A program made the translations under genes and the position numbers. The notes below the pieces were generated by a model. That model was given only the letters and a program-made list of their open reading frames with translations. It ran no database searches and had not been told where the DNA came from. 64,000 bases of DNA from Paramecium tetraurelia (lineage: Eukaryota): the NCBI GenBank assembly GCA_000165425.1, contig CT868044.1:1-64000 (forward strand), read 5' to 3'. This document shows positions 41,801 through 55,331 of this stretch, piece by piece. Within the stretch, counting starts at the first letter, position 1. Every line of letters begins with the position of its first letter.

Positions 41801-42937
41801 TCTCGCAATTGATTTCTTCATTTTCGGTTTGTCTAGTCTTGTGTTATGCAGTAATGGAAATATAGGAGTCATCTTTTCCAACATGAATATAAACTATCTT
41901 TTGGAGGTTAGTAATATTTAAAGTGTATTGTTTTCTGTATTCGATTATGCCTTTGTGTGCTTCATACATCGCTATGATGGGTTTGTTTTCAAATCCCACC
42001 ACAACTCCTTCTGAGTAGGCAGCAATCACAGTCGGGATCTCATTCAAGTCAGCAGGGATGTTGGCTGAGTTGATTATTTTGTTTTTGCGATAGAAGTACA
42101 AAATTCCTTTTTTATTCATGAGGAATATTTTTCTTAATTTATAAGACGTATTGATTACTTGTTGGATTGGACTACGTGAGTGATCACGCCCTCGTAATCC
42201 AAGAAAACGTCATCTAATTGCTTTTCAGTTGGATTGAATTTCCACAATTTCAATACGTTCGGTCCGAATGTACCAAACTATTCGAAATCCTTATAGGTTC
42301 CAAATAAGCCAACATAGTTTTCGCCCACATCACTGTAAGTAATGAGTTATTCAGTGTTGGTTTTGAATACACTGATGTATGAGGTGTCATGAGAGTTGAT
42401 ATTGCTGCAAAGAGTGATAGTATATTTGGCAGTGTGAAGAAAGGCGATATCCTTGACTTGAGTTCCAAAGGGGAGATGCTAATGGAGCAGAGTGAAGGAT
42501 TTGCGATTGGTTTTATAGATTCTAACAGTTGCATAATTTTTGATAGTACTCTTCAGTCCCAGTCCTACAGAGAGTATCATCTTATCATTCACACAATGAT
42601 TCATCACTACAACCTGAAATTAAGTTGCACATATTTACATCCTCTTCATCCTTGGGTCGCAATAAGAATTACTGCTTCTTCTTGTTGATATCGTAGAGCA
42701 CCAGGTGATGACCATTCAGATAAACCAACGAGTCTTCTTGGTAAATGAACGATTGGATTCTTTGCTTCAAACTAAACGATATCCATCATGCACAAATACC
42801 CTATGGAGTAATGTAAGTTCAATGTGATGCCATTGTAGATCTTATTGACTTGATACATCTTTCGGGGAATCTATTGTTAGGATTGAGCAATTTACAGTTT
42901 TTCTGCCATTCACCATAACATATTCTTCTTCCATCAT
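38816..42937 (-). CDS. CFAP57: CFAP57/WDR65-like ciliary WD40 plus coiled-coil protein
   Basis: N-terminus HYSIGLKQRIQSFIYQEDSLVYLNGHHLVLYD; ALHPMAFQCAIGYREGLKF..KYTPGGNQLAV..ISGHMGSIASLEW; coiled coil KERERQIFQKEKEIKNYRNKNGHLQNF; EEMLRQRDFL..IRVQKENTNL. All fit CFAP57 family patterns. Confidence 0.85.
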
Positions 42938-43343
42938 TTATTTATAATAATTATATATAAATTGATAACAAATTTACATATTACTTCAATAACCAATATT
43001 ACAAACTGAGTGTTAGTAGGAACTGACATAAATAGATTTAGAGTATTTCTATTTGAAGTCAAAACTATTGTGATTTAATTAAATAAGGGAGAATTCAAAA
43101 CTATTCTGTTTAGGTAATCCTAGAATATATCTATCTCAACACTAAAAGACTATAAATAATGTAACTAAAATAAACTGAATTATTGTTGGCATACTCTTCA
43201 TATGTGATGTAAAATAATAATGTCAAAAATTATAACAAATATTTAACTTAAAGTTAAATGATTGTAATTTTATATAATTTAAAATAGAATCTACAATTAT
43301 TAAAAATATATTAATATACTTTTTATAATTTCAACAACACACA

Positions 43344-44992
43344 TCACAAATTCTTACTCAACTCTTAGATGTTTTTCTCAAGACTTGCATTCATCTAAGC
43401 TAATTAATTGATGAAGTCTCTCTATACAGAATTAAATTTTAAATATACCTAGTTTACTTGAACTTCCTTGACATGGATTATATTGTTCTTAATCTCAATT
43501 TCCAACAATTTAGATTTCTACCAAAATTTGCTAAGAATAGTTGATTCAAAGGAATTTTCATTTAATGCGACACTGTTTCTGTCAATATACAATTAAACAT
43601 ATTTCTAGGGTAGCAACTAAATTGATATCGAATTTATCGTACCTTATTGAAATGCTCAAATGTTATTTGATTGTAGAGACTCAATACTTGTTCAACATCA
43701 TTAATTCTCTTGGCCTCCAAGATTTCCTTCAATAACTTGTCCTTCACTTCTATGATGGTTTCATTGGGATTAAGTTCCTATTCAGTTTGGAACTCTTTGA
43801 TGTTCTTGATTGTGTTGATAATCTTTGGACAAGATTGCAAAAAGACTTCTCCAATGAGTTATTGATCATACTTCAATATTTTTTCGTATTTTTCAAATAA
43901 TTTGTTCCTGCTCTCCTTTAAAAGTGTGATAATGTTGTCTTCAAGTTCAGGGTAAAATATAGATGTAACAGCCAACAATGCCAATATTTTCTCATGCTAT
44001 TTGATTAAACTATCATATTGATAGGATTTTGTATATAACTATTTATATTTATTGAAGTAATTAACAATCAAGGTTAAGGTAAGATTGGCTTTCTTGTATT
44101 CTTTATTCAACAAGAAGCAGAATCCTGCATAGCTGAACAATGATTAATAGGCTCCACCTGATTTGCTGTAAATAATCAATTCCGAGTGTTGAATTTATGA
44201 CAACATAGTGTAAGCTGCATTAAAATTACCAGACATCACTTGCAATTTGGCTGTGGCTAAATAGGAATAATAGGCCAAGTATTGGAAAGTGTTTTAGACT
44301 GCACTATTTCGTTGAGAATAGAATGCCTCTAAGGTTTTGAGTATCTCTTCCAGATTCCAATAGTCCTGTATGTTTTTCACTTGAGTAATTTCGTCGTTCT
44401 TCAATAGTTTTCTCCATCTGGAGGACACATAAAATTGATATACATATTCATCCAAAATGTCCCAAATCCAACTTGGAGGGAGGGGAAGATCAATGTTTTG
44501 CCTAATTCAGCATGTTGTATACTTTTATTGGAGTGCTGCAAAGAGCAATTAGTAATTTTGCCATGACTCTATTGAAGTTTGCAAATTGAATTGTTGTTGC
44601 ACACTTTAGAATGCATGTCTATAGCAACTCTCATTGAAGAGCAATTTGGTAATCGAGTCAAATTCGTCATTGAAAGCCTCTTCCAAACTTTCAGCCAATG
44701 GGAATAGGGTGTCCTGTTTGATGTGATATGAATTTGATACCTTATAAAGTGTATTGCAATAAATTTTATTGAAAATTGTATCATACAATTCAAGAGACAC
44801 AGCCAATGTTTGCACTCGTTGTTGAGGACTGCTTATCTTGGTTCTGAGATTCTTTTCCAAAGATTGCATGAATTGATAGGCAGCTTTTTTCTTTTGATCA
44901 TCATCTACAACGACTTTCTCTGATTCAGTTGATTGCTTAAGATTATAATTAGGAAAGTCGTCTAAATTGGATGGAAGTTCTTGTTCGTACAT
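43344..44992 (-). CDS. EIF3L: Translation initiation factor eIF3 subunit L
   Basis: LFNESCYRHAF, ESWQNYQLLF, LPPSWIWDILDEYVYQF, YLAYYSYLATAKLQVMSGNF, SYAGFCFLLNKEY; PCI-like C-terminus. Confidence 0.9.
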
Positions 44993-45043
44993 TAAAAATT
45001 AATTATAATTTATAATTATTTGTTAAATATATATGTTGTTCAT

Positions 45044-46851
45044 TCACTTTTGAACAAATTAAGTAGCAAAAGCAATGCTACTAATACTTTATCTAGCCAC
45101 TCTAAATTTTTGTTAAACCTATTCATTCTTAGTTTCAGGAAATAAATTTAATTCCCCACTAATCTTCCTAGGCTCTGCAGGCTGTTATTACTTCATCATA
45201 TAAACAGCCTATTTATAGAATCCATCATAGCCTTGTTCACTCAAACGAGGCATGTATCTATTCATTGTCACAGATCTTCCTCGACCATTGTCTTACTCAA
45301 TCGTGTTCTCTATAAACTCCTCCTCCTCCTCTTCTTCATCCTCATTACTTTATATTTCTGAGTTTAAGTCTTGATGCACCAACAAAGTAGACCGATATAA
45401 ATATTTATCATTCTCATCTAAGTCGTTGTTCTAACAAATATGGAACTGCCTTCCAAGGAGTACTTAAGGTCCCTACTCTTTCTATTTCCTCTTCTTGGGA
45501 CTAGATGCTGTACTGCTACACACACTACTGGAATCATCATATCTATCCCAATAGTCATTGATCACTCTGCAAGGTTCCTTCTAGGAATAAACAAAGAAGG
45601 AGAATGACCTTTTGAGAGTTTTATTCAAATGCATAACTTGATTACAAACAGTCCACTGGGGATTGCATGTCACTCTTCCCAAACTAGGTGACTCATTTCC
45701 AAGACTCTACTCATGTTCTTTCTCCAGAATCTTTCTAAACATGTCTCTGGCTTCAAACAGAGGCTTTTTCTTTATTTAGATTTGATTCACTATAAATCTG
45801 AATTCCTGAATGTTGTTGTATTCTTTGAGATTCTTCTTAAAGAACTCCAATAGATCTCCGAAATCTGAAAACTTCATCAATTCTTTCTCAAAAATAAACA
45901 AGATTGCAATTCCTGATGCTATCAATGCTCTATTTCCTTGCACCATCACTCTCAACCAGATTTCTTTAACTATGTCAAAATGCAGATTTGGAGTAAACAA
46001 ACAGACAAACCATTGTATGGCATAAAAGTTAGCTTCCAAGTAGATCTCTTTGAAATGCTGGAGTAATTCAGGCACGTAGATCTTGCTGAAATACTCCAGG
46101 ATTTTGGTGTCTACCATGACACTTATCATGTTTGTATAATAATCCAATGGCATTATCTCCTCGATCAATGAACTCAATGCCCAAAAGGTCTATTAATCTA
46201 GGTATGATTATTTACGTCCTCCTCTGAAAATTTCAATTTATTTACCAAAAAGTGCGTAATGAAATTTAAACCTTGACAATAGGAGACAAATGGATTTCTA
46301 ATAGAATATGCGACTAAAATCCTTTCTATTTTGGCTTCGTATTCATGATTCCTCTCATAAACTCTCTCGTTATTCTGAATTCTCAAAGAGGGGGACACAG
46401 TTCTTACAACATCCTCTAATTTTATTTTGCCAAAAATACCAGTTAGATAGTTTGAAAATAAGACTGTGGATAGTCATTTCTCAGTTTGATGACTTAATCA
46501 TACACATCAGGATTTTAAACTCTCTTTGTTCTTGCCCCAGACAACTCCAATAATACCCTAAGTCTTGAAAACAAAGTAGTACCAATTGTAGTTCATTTCA
46601 TGCAATTCACCCTATAGGATTATCTTCTTGAGAGTCTTTCGCAATTCTGTCGAGTAACAAAGTGTCTTGAAATGCTGTTTAAGATACTTGTGTTAAGATT
46701 TATCATTCTATAATACCTGATTGATTTGCTCCTTAATCAAAGTGATGTCCTTTTCGGGAGTTCTTGCATTATGGTTGTATCTCCTCAGCTCGAGAGTTGT
46801 GAGGCATTAACATAATTTCTCGTACACTTGCACTCTTCCATTATTCTTCAT
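45044..46851 (-). CDS. TBC-domain Rab GTPase-activating protein
   Basis: IERILVAYSIRNPFVSYCQGLNFI, IEEIMPLDYY, PELLQHF, FYAIQWFVCLF. Several tiny introns. Confidence 0.92.
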
Positions 46852-46958
46852 ATTTTATATTAATCAATATTTATTGCGAAACATAAATTTATTACATAAA
46901 ATATAAACATCGAAAATCATCAAAATTATAATAAATATGAGAAAAATAAATATTTTTA

Positions 46959-47372
46959 ATGCTTAAATTGCACAAAAGGGAAGAACTCAAAGAGGTTCTC
47001 TCAAGGAGATCCTCCCTACACCATGAACTCTCGAAGCTTTAGAGGAGTGCCCTAATGCAATTGAATAATCACACAACCCAAGAACTCTAATCTAACCAAA
47101 AAGCCCCTGGAGGAAGTCCTGCCCACATTAGAATCAACCTCCAACAATTCGCTCTTCCCAAAATTCAACACACCACCAAAGTCATTACCAACAAATACAT
47201 CGGAGAGTACAATAATATGTTAGGCATAATTACAAGCAAACACTAAATTCCTTCAAGAGATTGCACCTAAAGAAGTGCTTCTTAGTATCATAATCCTGAA
47301 CAATTTATTGAAAACTAGAATTATGTCATCAATTAATTTATTCGTCCTCGAAAATTGGGAAGCTTTCGATGA
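46959..47372 (+). CDS. Hypothetical protein (137 aa)
   Basis: Intact table-6 ORF MLKLHKREELKEVLSRRSS...RPRKLGSFR*, with coding-like GC content and flanked by AT-rich spacers. Confidence 0.7.
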
Positions 47373-47577
47373 ATTCTATATTTATTGTTTTATTCTAGTT
47401 TAGTTTGTTATAAAAATAAAAATTGTTGTTAAATTCATTTATTCATTTAATTATTTTAAAAATACAGTACATTATTAACATCACGTGGATTTGAGTTTTT
47501 TAATCTAATTATTGCATATTCACACTGTGTAATATACATTAATAATTATTAAATTATAATAATTCTCACAAAACCCT

Positions 47578-47929
47578 ATGATTTCATAAACATAAACAAT
47601 TAATCAAACAACTCACACAATGTTGCATCTCAATAATAGTCAGCCACAAGAGACATAGTAACAACAACAACAGAAAGAAACAAAAAAGAGGAGATCTGTT
47701 CAATGGACTGAAGATACTGTTGACAACGAAGACCTTGGAAGACTCAAATCAAATAGTATGTTTATAAATACATTTAGTTTGTTGTATTTATCATAAGCCA
47801 CATGCTGAAGAATCGGAGAGTTCAGATACTTGCACAAGTGACGATGAGATCAATGCCATAGAAAGAGATAAATAATCAAAATTGAGACACAAGATGAAAT
47901 GTTCCAAACTAAATAAGAAGTGTTGCTGA
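47578..47929 (+). CDS. PPP1R11: Protein phosphatase 1 inhibitor-3 (PPP1R11/Ypi1)
   Basis: [32 protein letters not shown] (RVxW motif plus Cys cluster). One 22-nt intron. Ends KLNKKCC*. An alternative ATG lies at 47620. Confidence 0.93.
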
Positions 47930-47976
47930 TATTTCTTATTCAAATTTATTCTATATATATATATATAATTTAATTT

Positions 47977-48668
47977 ATGCTTAAGTCCATTACAGAATTG
48001 TATGATCAAAATTTGTCCAAATTTATGCAATCTAATCAAAATTTAGAAAGCAAATCAAATATTACTTACAATGTAGTTCTGTTGATGACCAATAAAAGGG
48101 TTTTATCAGAAGTGATGCCAAGCAGAGTTGCCAAACTTCTCAAAAACATCTGAAAATTACTCGAAGTCATAACATCAGCCCTAGCATTGGATAATACAAT
48201 GTATCCTACAAATGTCTTGACACTCATCGATATGAAGTCAATTTCGGCAGTCCCAGAAGTGTTCGTAAACCTATTGAAGAGATGCCGATGACCATGAGGG
48301 CGAGTCCTGTTAACAACCATATGAAATAGCATTCAATAAAGGGAGGAACTGACTTTGAAAAATAAGTGAGCAGAGAATAGATGTATTTAACTAGAGGATG
48401 GCTTAAGTTCGATAAGAGTATGCGTGCACCCAAGAGAACATTGGAAGAAAAATTGCATAAACTTGAAGTTGGACAAGAAGCTTTATTGAAATTTCCATCA
48501 ATTGAAGTCAAGGAGAATCCGTAATTATAAATGAAAGTTACTCATTTACCTTATGATTATGAAAAGATCAGATAAATTAGCAGACAATACCTGTATAAAT
48601 ATATTAATCCTTATTCAAGACAAAAATACCACATCAAAGAATCAGCTCTCCGATTTTACAGCCCTTGA
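47977..48668 (+). CDS. Hypothetical protein (~214 aa) with one PG-rich-repeat-like PSIGQYNV motif
   Basis: A long open table-6 frame from about 48047 to TGA 48666-48668. It joins the ATG at 47977 only via a 47-nt GT..AG intron (48000-48046). Confidence 0.65.
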
Positions 48669-49168
48669 TTTTTATTCTTATTTACATCAAAGTACTTAAT
48701 GTATTTAAATTTATTGGATTATTAAATTTTGAAGATTATCTATATTTCATACCATTATTAAATTGTGGGAATCCATGTATTATTCTAAATCATAATTTAT
48801 ATTATTCATGAGAGAATGAATAATTAAGTTCATAGATTCATGATGGATAGACATTTAAGTAATCATAATAGTTTAGAATATTTATAATTATGATTAACAA
48901 TATATATATATATGGATTATTAAGTTATATAATAAGAATGATGAATTAATATGGGAACAACAACTTAAAAAAGGGAAATTCAACATTAAAATTAAATTAA
49001 GTTAGATAATAAGCAATAAAGTAAGAATAACTATTGAAATAATATTTTATTAATATAATGAAGATAAAATATTATTATGCAACTTTAAACTAGTTTAAAA
49101 AGTCATATACTTGTCCATAATTTCAAAAATTTTGATAGAAGAATAAAAATAATATATTTAAAATAAAA

Positions 49169-51647
<2,479 letters not shown>

Positions 51648-51842
51648 TTCAGCCTTAATTAATTATAAATTATATATATAAATAATGCAATCCTTATAAT
51701 ACTTAATTCCCTACAAATTCCAATGTGCTACATATCTATTTTCAACACCAATAGTCCAGAGTGTTTTAAATTATACTTAATTTTAATAATATATCAGATA
51801 AATATATTTTACTAAATACTCTTCAATACATATTTTACATTT

Positions 51843-52784
51843 TCAATATATTTTCAAAGGAATGCCCTTCGCATACAATGGAGCATATTGGTCATAAAGA
51901 TCTTTAACAGCTTGAATGTAAATTTAATGATATTTTTCGACATCTTCACGGGAAGGCTTCTCAACTTAAGGCAACACGATACCCTTGCCACAAACAGTGT
52001 GAATTTCTCTATTTGGTTCCTATATGCAATATTATTCTGATATATACAGGTATTGTAAGAAATCTGCTCCAAAAGACTGTTCCTGCTAATTTGAATTTGT
52101 TCAGCCAAAGTCTAAGAGGGAGGAACCAATCAATTGTGTTGAAAAGAGTGTTTTCTCCAAATACAAATACAGGGTATATTATAGTACCATACTTCATTGC
52201 ATAATAGATAAATCCTTTTCGTTATTTTATAAATATTCTGTTTTCTTTTGGAGAGGTTATTGTGGCCTCTTCAAATCCTCCAGGCAACAATCCTACCTAA
52301 GCTCCTGATGTTAATAATCTCTTAAAATTTTCTGGATTTGCTCCTTGAATTCCATAGAGTTTCAAAAATAATCCAGCTATGGGGAACAATAATGCCATGT
52401 TTGATCCCAATAAGACCATATTTTCAAAGAATGTTCCAGTTGTATGAGTATTTGATATGGTTGAATAACTGTAGATACCATGAGGATGAAAAGCAAACTA
52501 AGATTAAATTGTATTCTTACTATCACATTTTTATCTCTAACTTTTTCAAGAGTTTAGATAGTATTTTTATTGAAGAATTTCATTATCTCCAGTGATTTAA
52601 AAAGTCGAACGAATGTATCGCTTTTCTATACTTTGGATTAGAATCCAATAAATCCCAATAAGATAGGTATCAACCAATAATCCTGTGTTAAAGCTCTGTA
52701 AATTAAATAAAGTGAGATTCCCATCATTACTATCCACAATTAATAAAGCAAAGTTCCAATAATAGATTTGAATGGAATTGCCAT
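51843..52784 (-). CDS. DGAT2: DGAT2/MOGAT-family acyltransferase
   Basis: Hydrophobic N-terminus, FAFHPHG, LLPGGFEEA, RKGFIYYAMKYG..PVFVFGEN, HTVCGKGI, VEKYHQIY. Two introns. Confidence 0.92.
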
Positions 52785-53603
52785 AAATTTGCTAATTTTA
52801 ATAAATAAAAATAAACTAAATTTATAATTATTATGAACTTTATAAATATAGTATTCCAAAGTTCCAATTCCAGAAATTCTGTAATTAATCAATATATCTG
52901 ATCGCATCTCTTTAGTTTTAAAGTATTGTCTTGCATCAAATAATTATTGAACTTTTTTCTAAAACTTAAACTTAACCCCCTTTTTTCTTCATGTTTTTTG
53001 AATATAAGTACTTCGGTTATCATTCAGCGAATTTTAAATTGAATTACACGACGATAATTAAGAAACAACTAAAAAATATAATATAGGTATTTTAAGGATG
53101 AATGAGATATGGACATCATATATATCATAAGGTTTGATGTTACCCATCATTTTCCATTAATTTGGAGAGACTTTGAGAATATGATAATTTTATTAATATT
53201 GATACTAAAATAATTAGATTACATAATTTAATATAATGATAATATTTCTTTTAAATATATAGGTACCGAATTATAATCTATTTGTTTTCAATCGTCTCTA
53301 TTATTCTAAATCATCCAAACATAACAGATTTTGATTTTCTTAATTTTTTTTTTCTCTTTATATTATTTAAATGTTAAGTTTCAATTATTGTAAAAAATCT
53401 AAAATTATTGGGATTCCGGCTCCCACCATAATGAGGTGGCTATCAAAAAATCCATTGAATTCGGTTTTCATGTTATTTTCCATAGAGCAAAACGAGAAAC
53501 TTAAAGTTTTCTTGTAACCAACGATTACTTTATAACACCAAACGATAAGGGTATTAATAGGCCTCACAAATTTTGATTATAATAATTAAATAATAAATAG
53601 AAC

Positions 53604-54132
53604 ATGAGTGTCACACAATCAGTGGAAGATAATCTTGCTATTCTTAACAAAAACAACGACAGTTGTGATACACCTTTGACAAGTTAAAGGAGAATCAATT
53701 GGAAAGTCGAGATGAGAAAGATGGTTTTGACAAAACTCCCCATCAAAAAGTCTGCTCCTAGGCTAAGCCAATCTATTAAGTCCAAAAACATACCAAAAAA
53801 TATTTCTAAGGTCATTACCTAGCAAATTCTTAAAGGATACTACAATGATCTCATCAAATGTAACCTCAAAACTTTCCTTTCTTTCATTAAGAAAAATAAA
53901 AATATTCTGAACCTCCCTTCACTCATGAGACTTGTCAAACCACATAAAAATCCAGAAGTCAACTGTCTCCATCAATGCTTTAGGAAAATATGGTATTAAA
54001 TATATTTTTAATTGTAGCTGGTATTTTATTAAGAAACAGTATATCGGCTACGTCTTTAATTCTAAGATCAAGGATCCTTAATGGCACCTAGAATACAGAA
54101 ATGCAATCTTAAAAATATTTAGAGAAATTTGA
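53604..54132 (+). CDS. Hypothetical protein of a ciliate-type family with a KNIPKNI motif
   Basis: MSVTQSVEDNL...KSKNIPKNISKVI...FRKIC|WYFIKKQYIGYVFNSKIKDPQWHLEYR...REI*. One intron. The 5' end is uncertain. Confidence 0.75.
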
Positions 54133-55331
54133 ACAACTTTTCATTTTTAATTGTTTAAATATTATAAGTATACACTTTATCATGCTCCCCTACACTAAAT
54201 TTACGTGTCCTTTCATCCACTCTCGAATAAGAAGAGACAAACTTGAATTTGTTTGAAGTTTAAATGATTTTTATTTTGATTAATGAATAATATTAACACA
54301 TTGTTTTCAAATTCCAATCCTAAATAACAAGAAAGGTTTAAGTTAGAATAGATAAAACCTACAAGAATTTAAATGCTTTTAGGAAATATATTGTATATGA
54401 TAATTTATTATTTGATAACTTTTTTTTTCAACAGAAACCCTTTGCATTTCTGTGTCTATTGTTAAAAAGTAAATTAGAATTTATATTATAATGAGTCGAC
54501 TTGAGTATTATTTAAAAAGATATTGTAAATGTCTTTATAAATTTTCTTCATCCCACTAATAATTTTAAATAACACTATATATTGATATGTTCTATAATTC
54601 AAATGACAATCTTCCCTCTTGCATACATACAAAAAGATGTCTAGCGTAAGTATGACTGATTTTTTGAAGGACATTTTAATAAAATTGATCGGGTGTGTTG
54701 GATGCTAAATGTGATGGAATTATATATATCAGAAAGAACAAGAAGAATGGCTATATAGAAAATTAATAGGTCCTTGTTACTAAAGAAATAGGAAAGGTAA
54801 GATTAACATTTTATTCTATAATTTTTAATTTATTTTATTATATTAATAATAACTATTATATGAGATGAAAAAATATTGAATAAAAAAAAGTAAATACTAA
54901 AAATGGTAATTTGTTGAAAGATCGATAAATTTCGGATACTATTGCTAAATAGAACCATCATTTTTTCAGGAGCGATTGAAATTGAAATTAGATATATTTG
55001 CAATTATGATGTATTTAATTTATGTTACAAATAAATCATGTTCTATTAAAATTATAACAAAACGAGGGAATGGTTAACATAAATTCAATTGAAAAATCTC
55101 CCGATGGGATTGAATTAATAATTAAATTTCATTCTCTATTTTAAGCTGGGTAAATAGGATAGATGAAATTAAAAAAATAGTAGATTTCTAATTGAATAGG
55201 AGTTTGAATATTCGAATGTGATGTTCTCGTGTTTTATTTCCAGAATTTATGATGTTCAAATGAGTTAGGCTAGAAATAATTAAAAAGTGTATGAGATTTT
55301 AATTTGAGTATTTAGTTATATAAATTAATTA

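Noticed and set aside
46937..47026. ATG at 46937 with an in-frame TGA at 47024 as a readthrough or selenocysteine case
   Set aside because: The ATG at 46959 gives an intact 137-aa ORF in another frame, so no recoding is needed.
47952..47967. (TA)n microsatellite; also poly-T near 5210-5232
   Set aside because: Short low-complexity tracts are expected in such AT-rich spacers.
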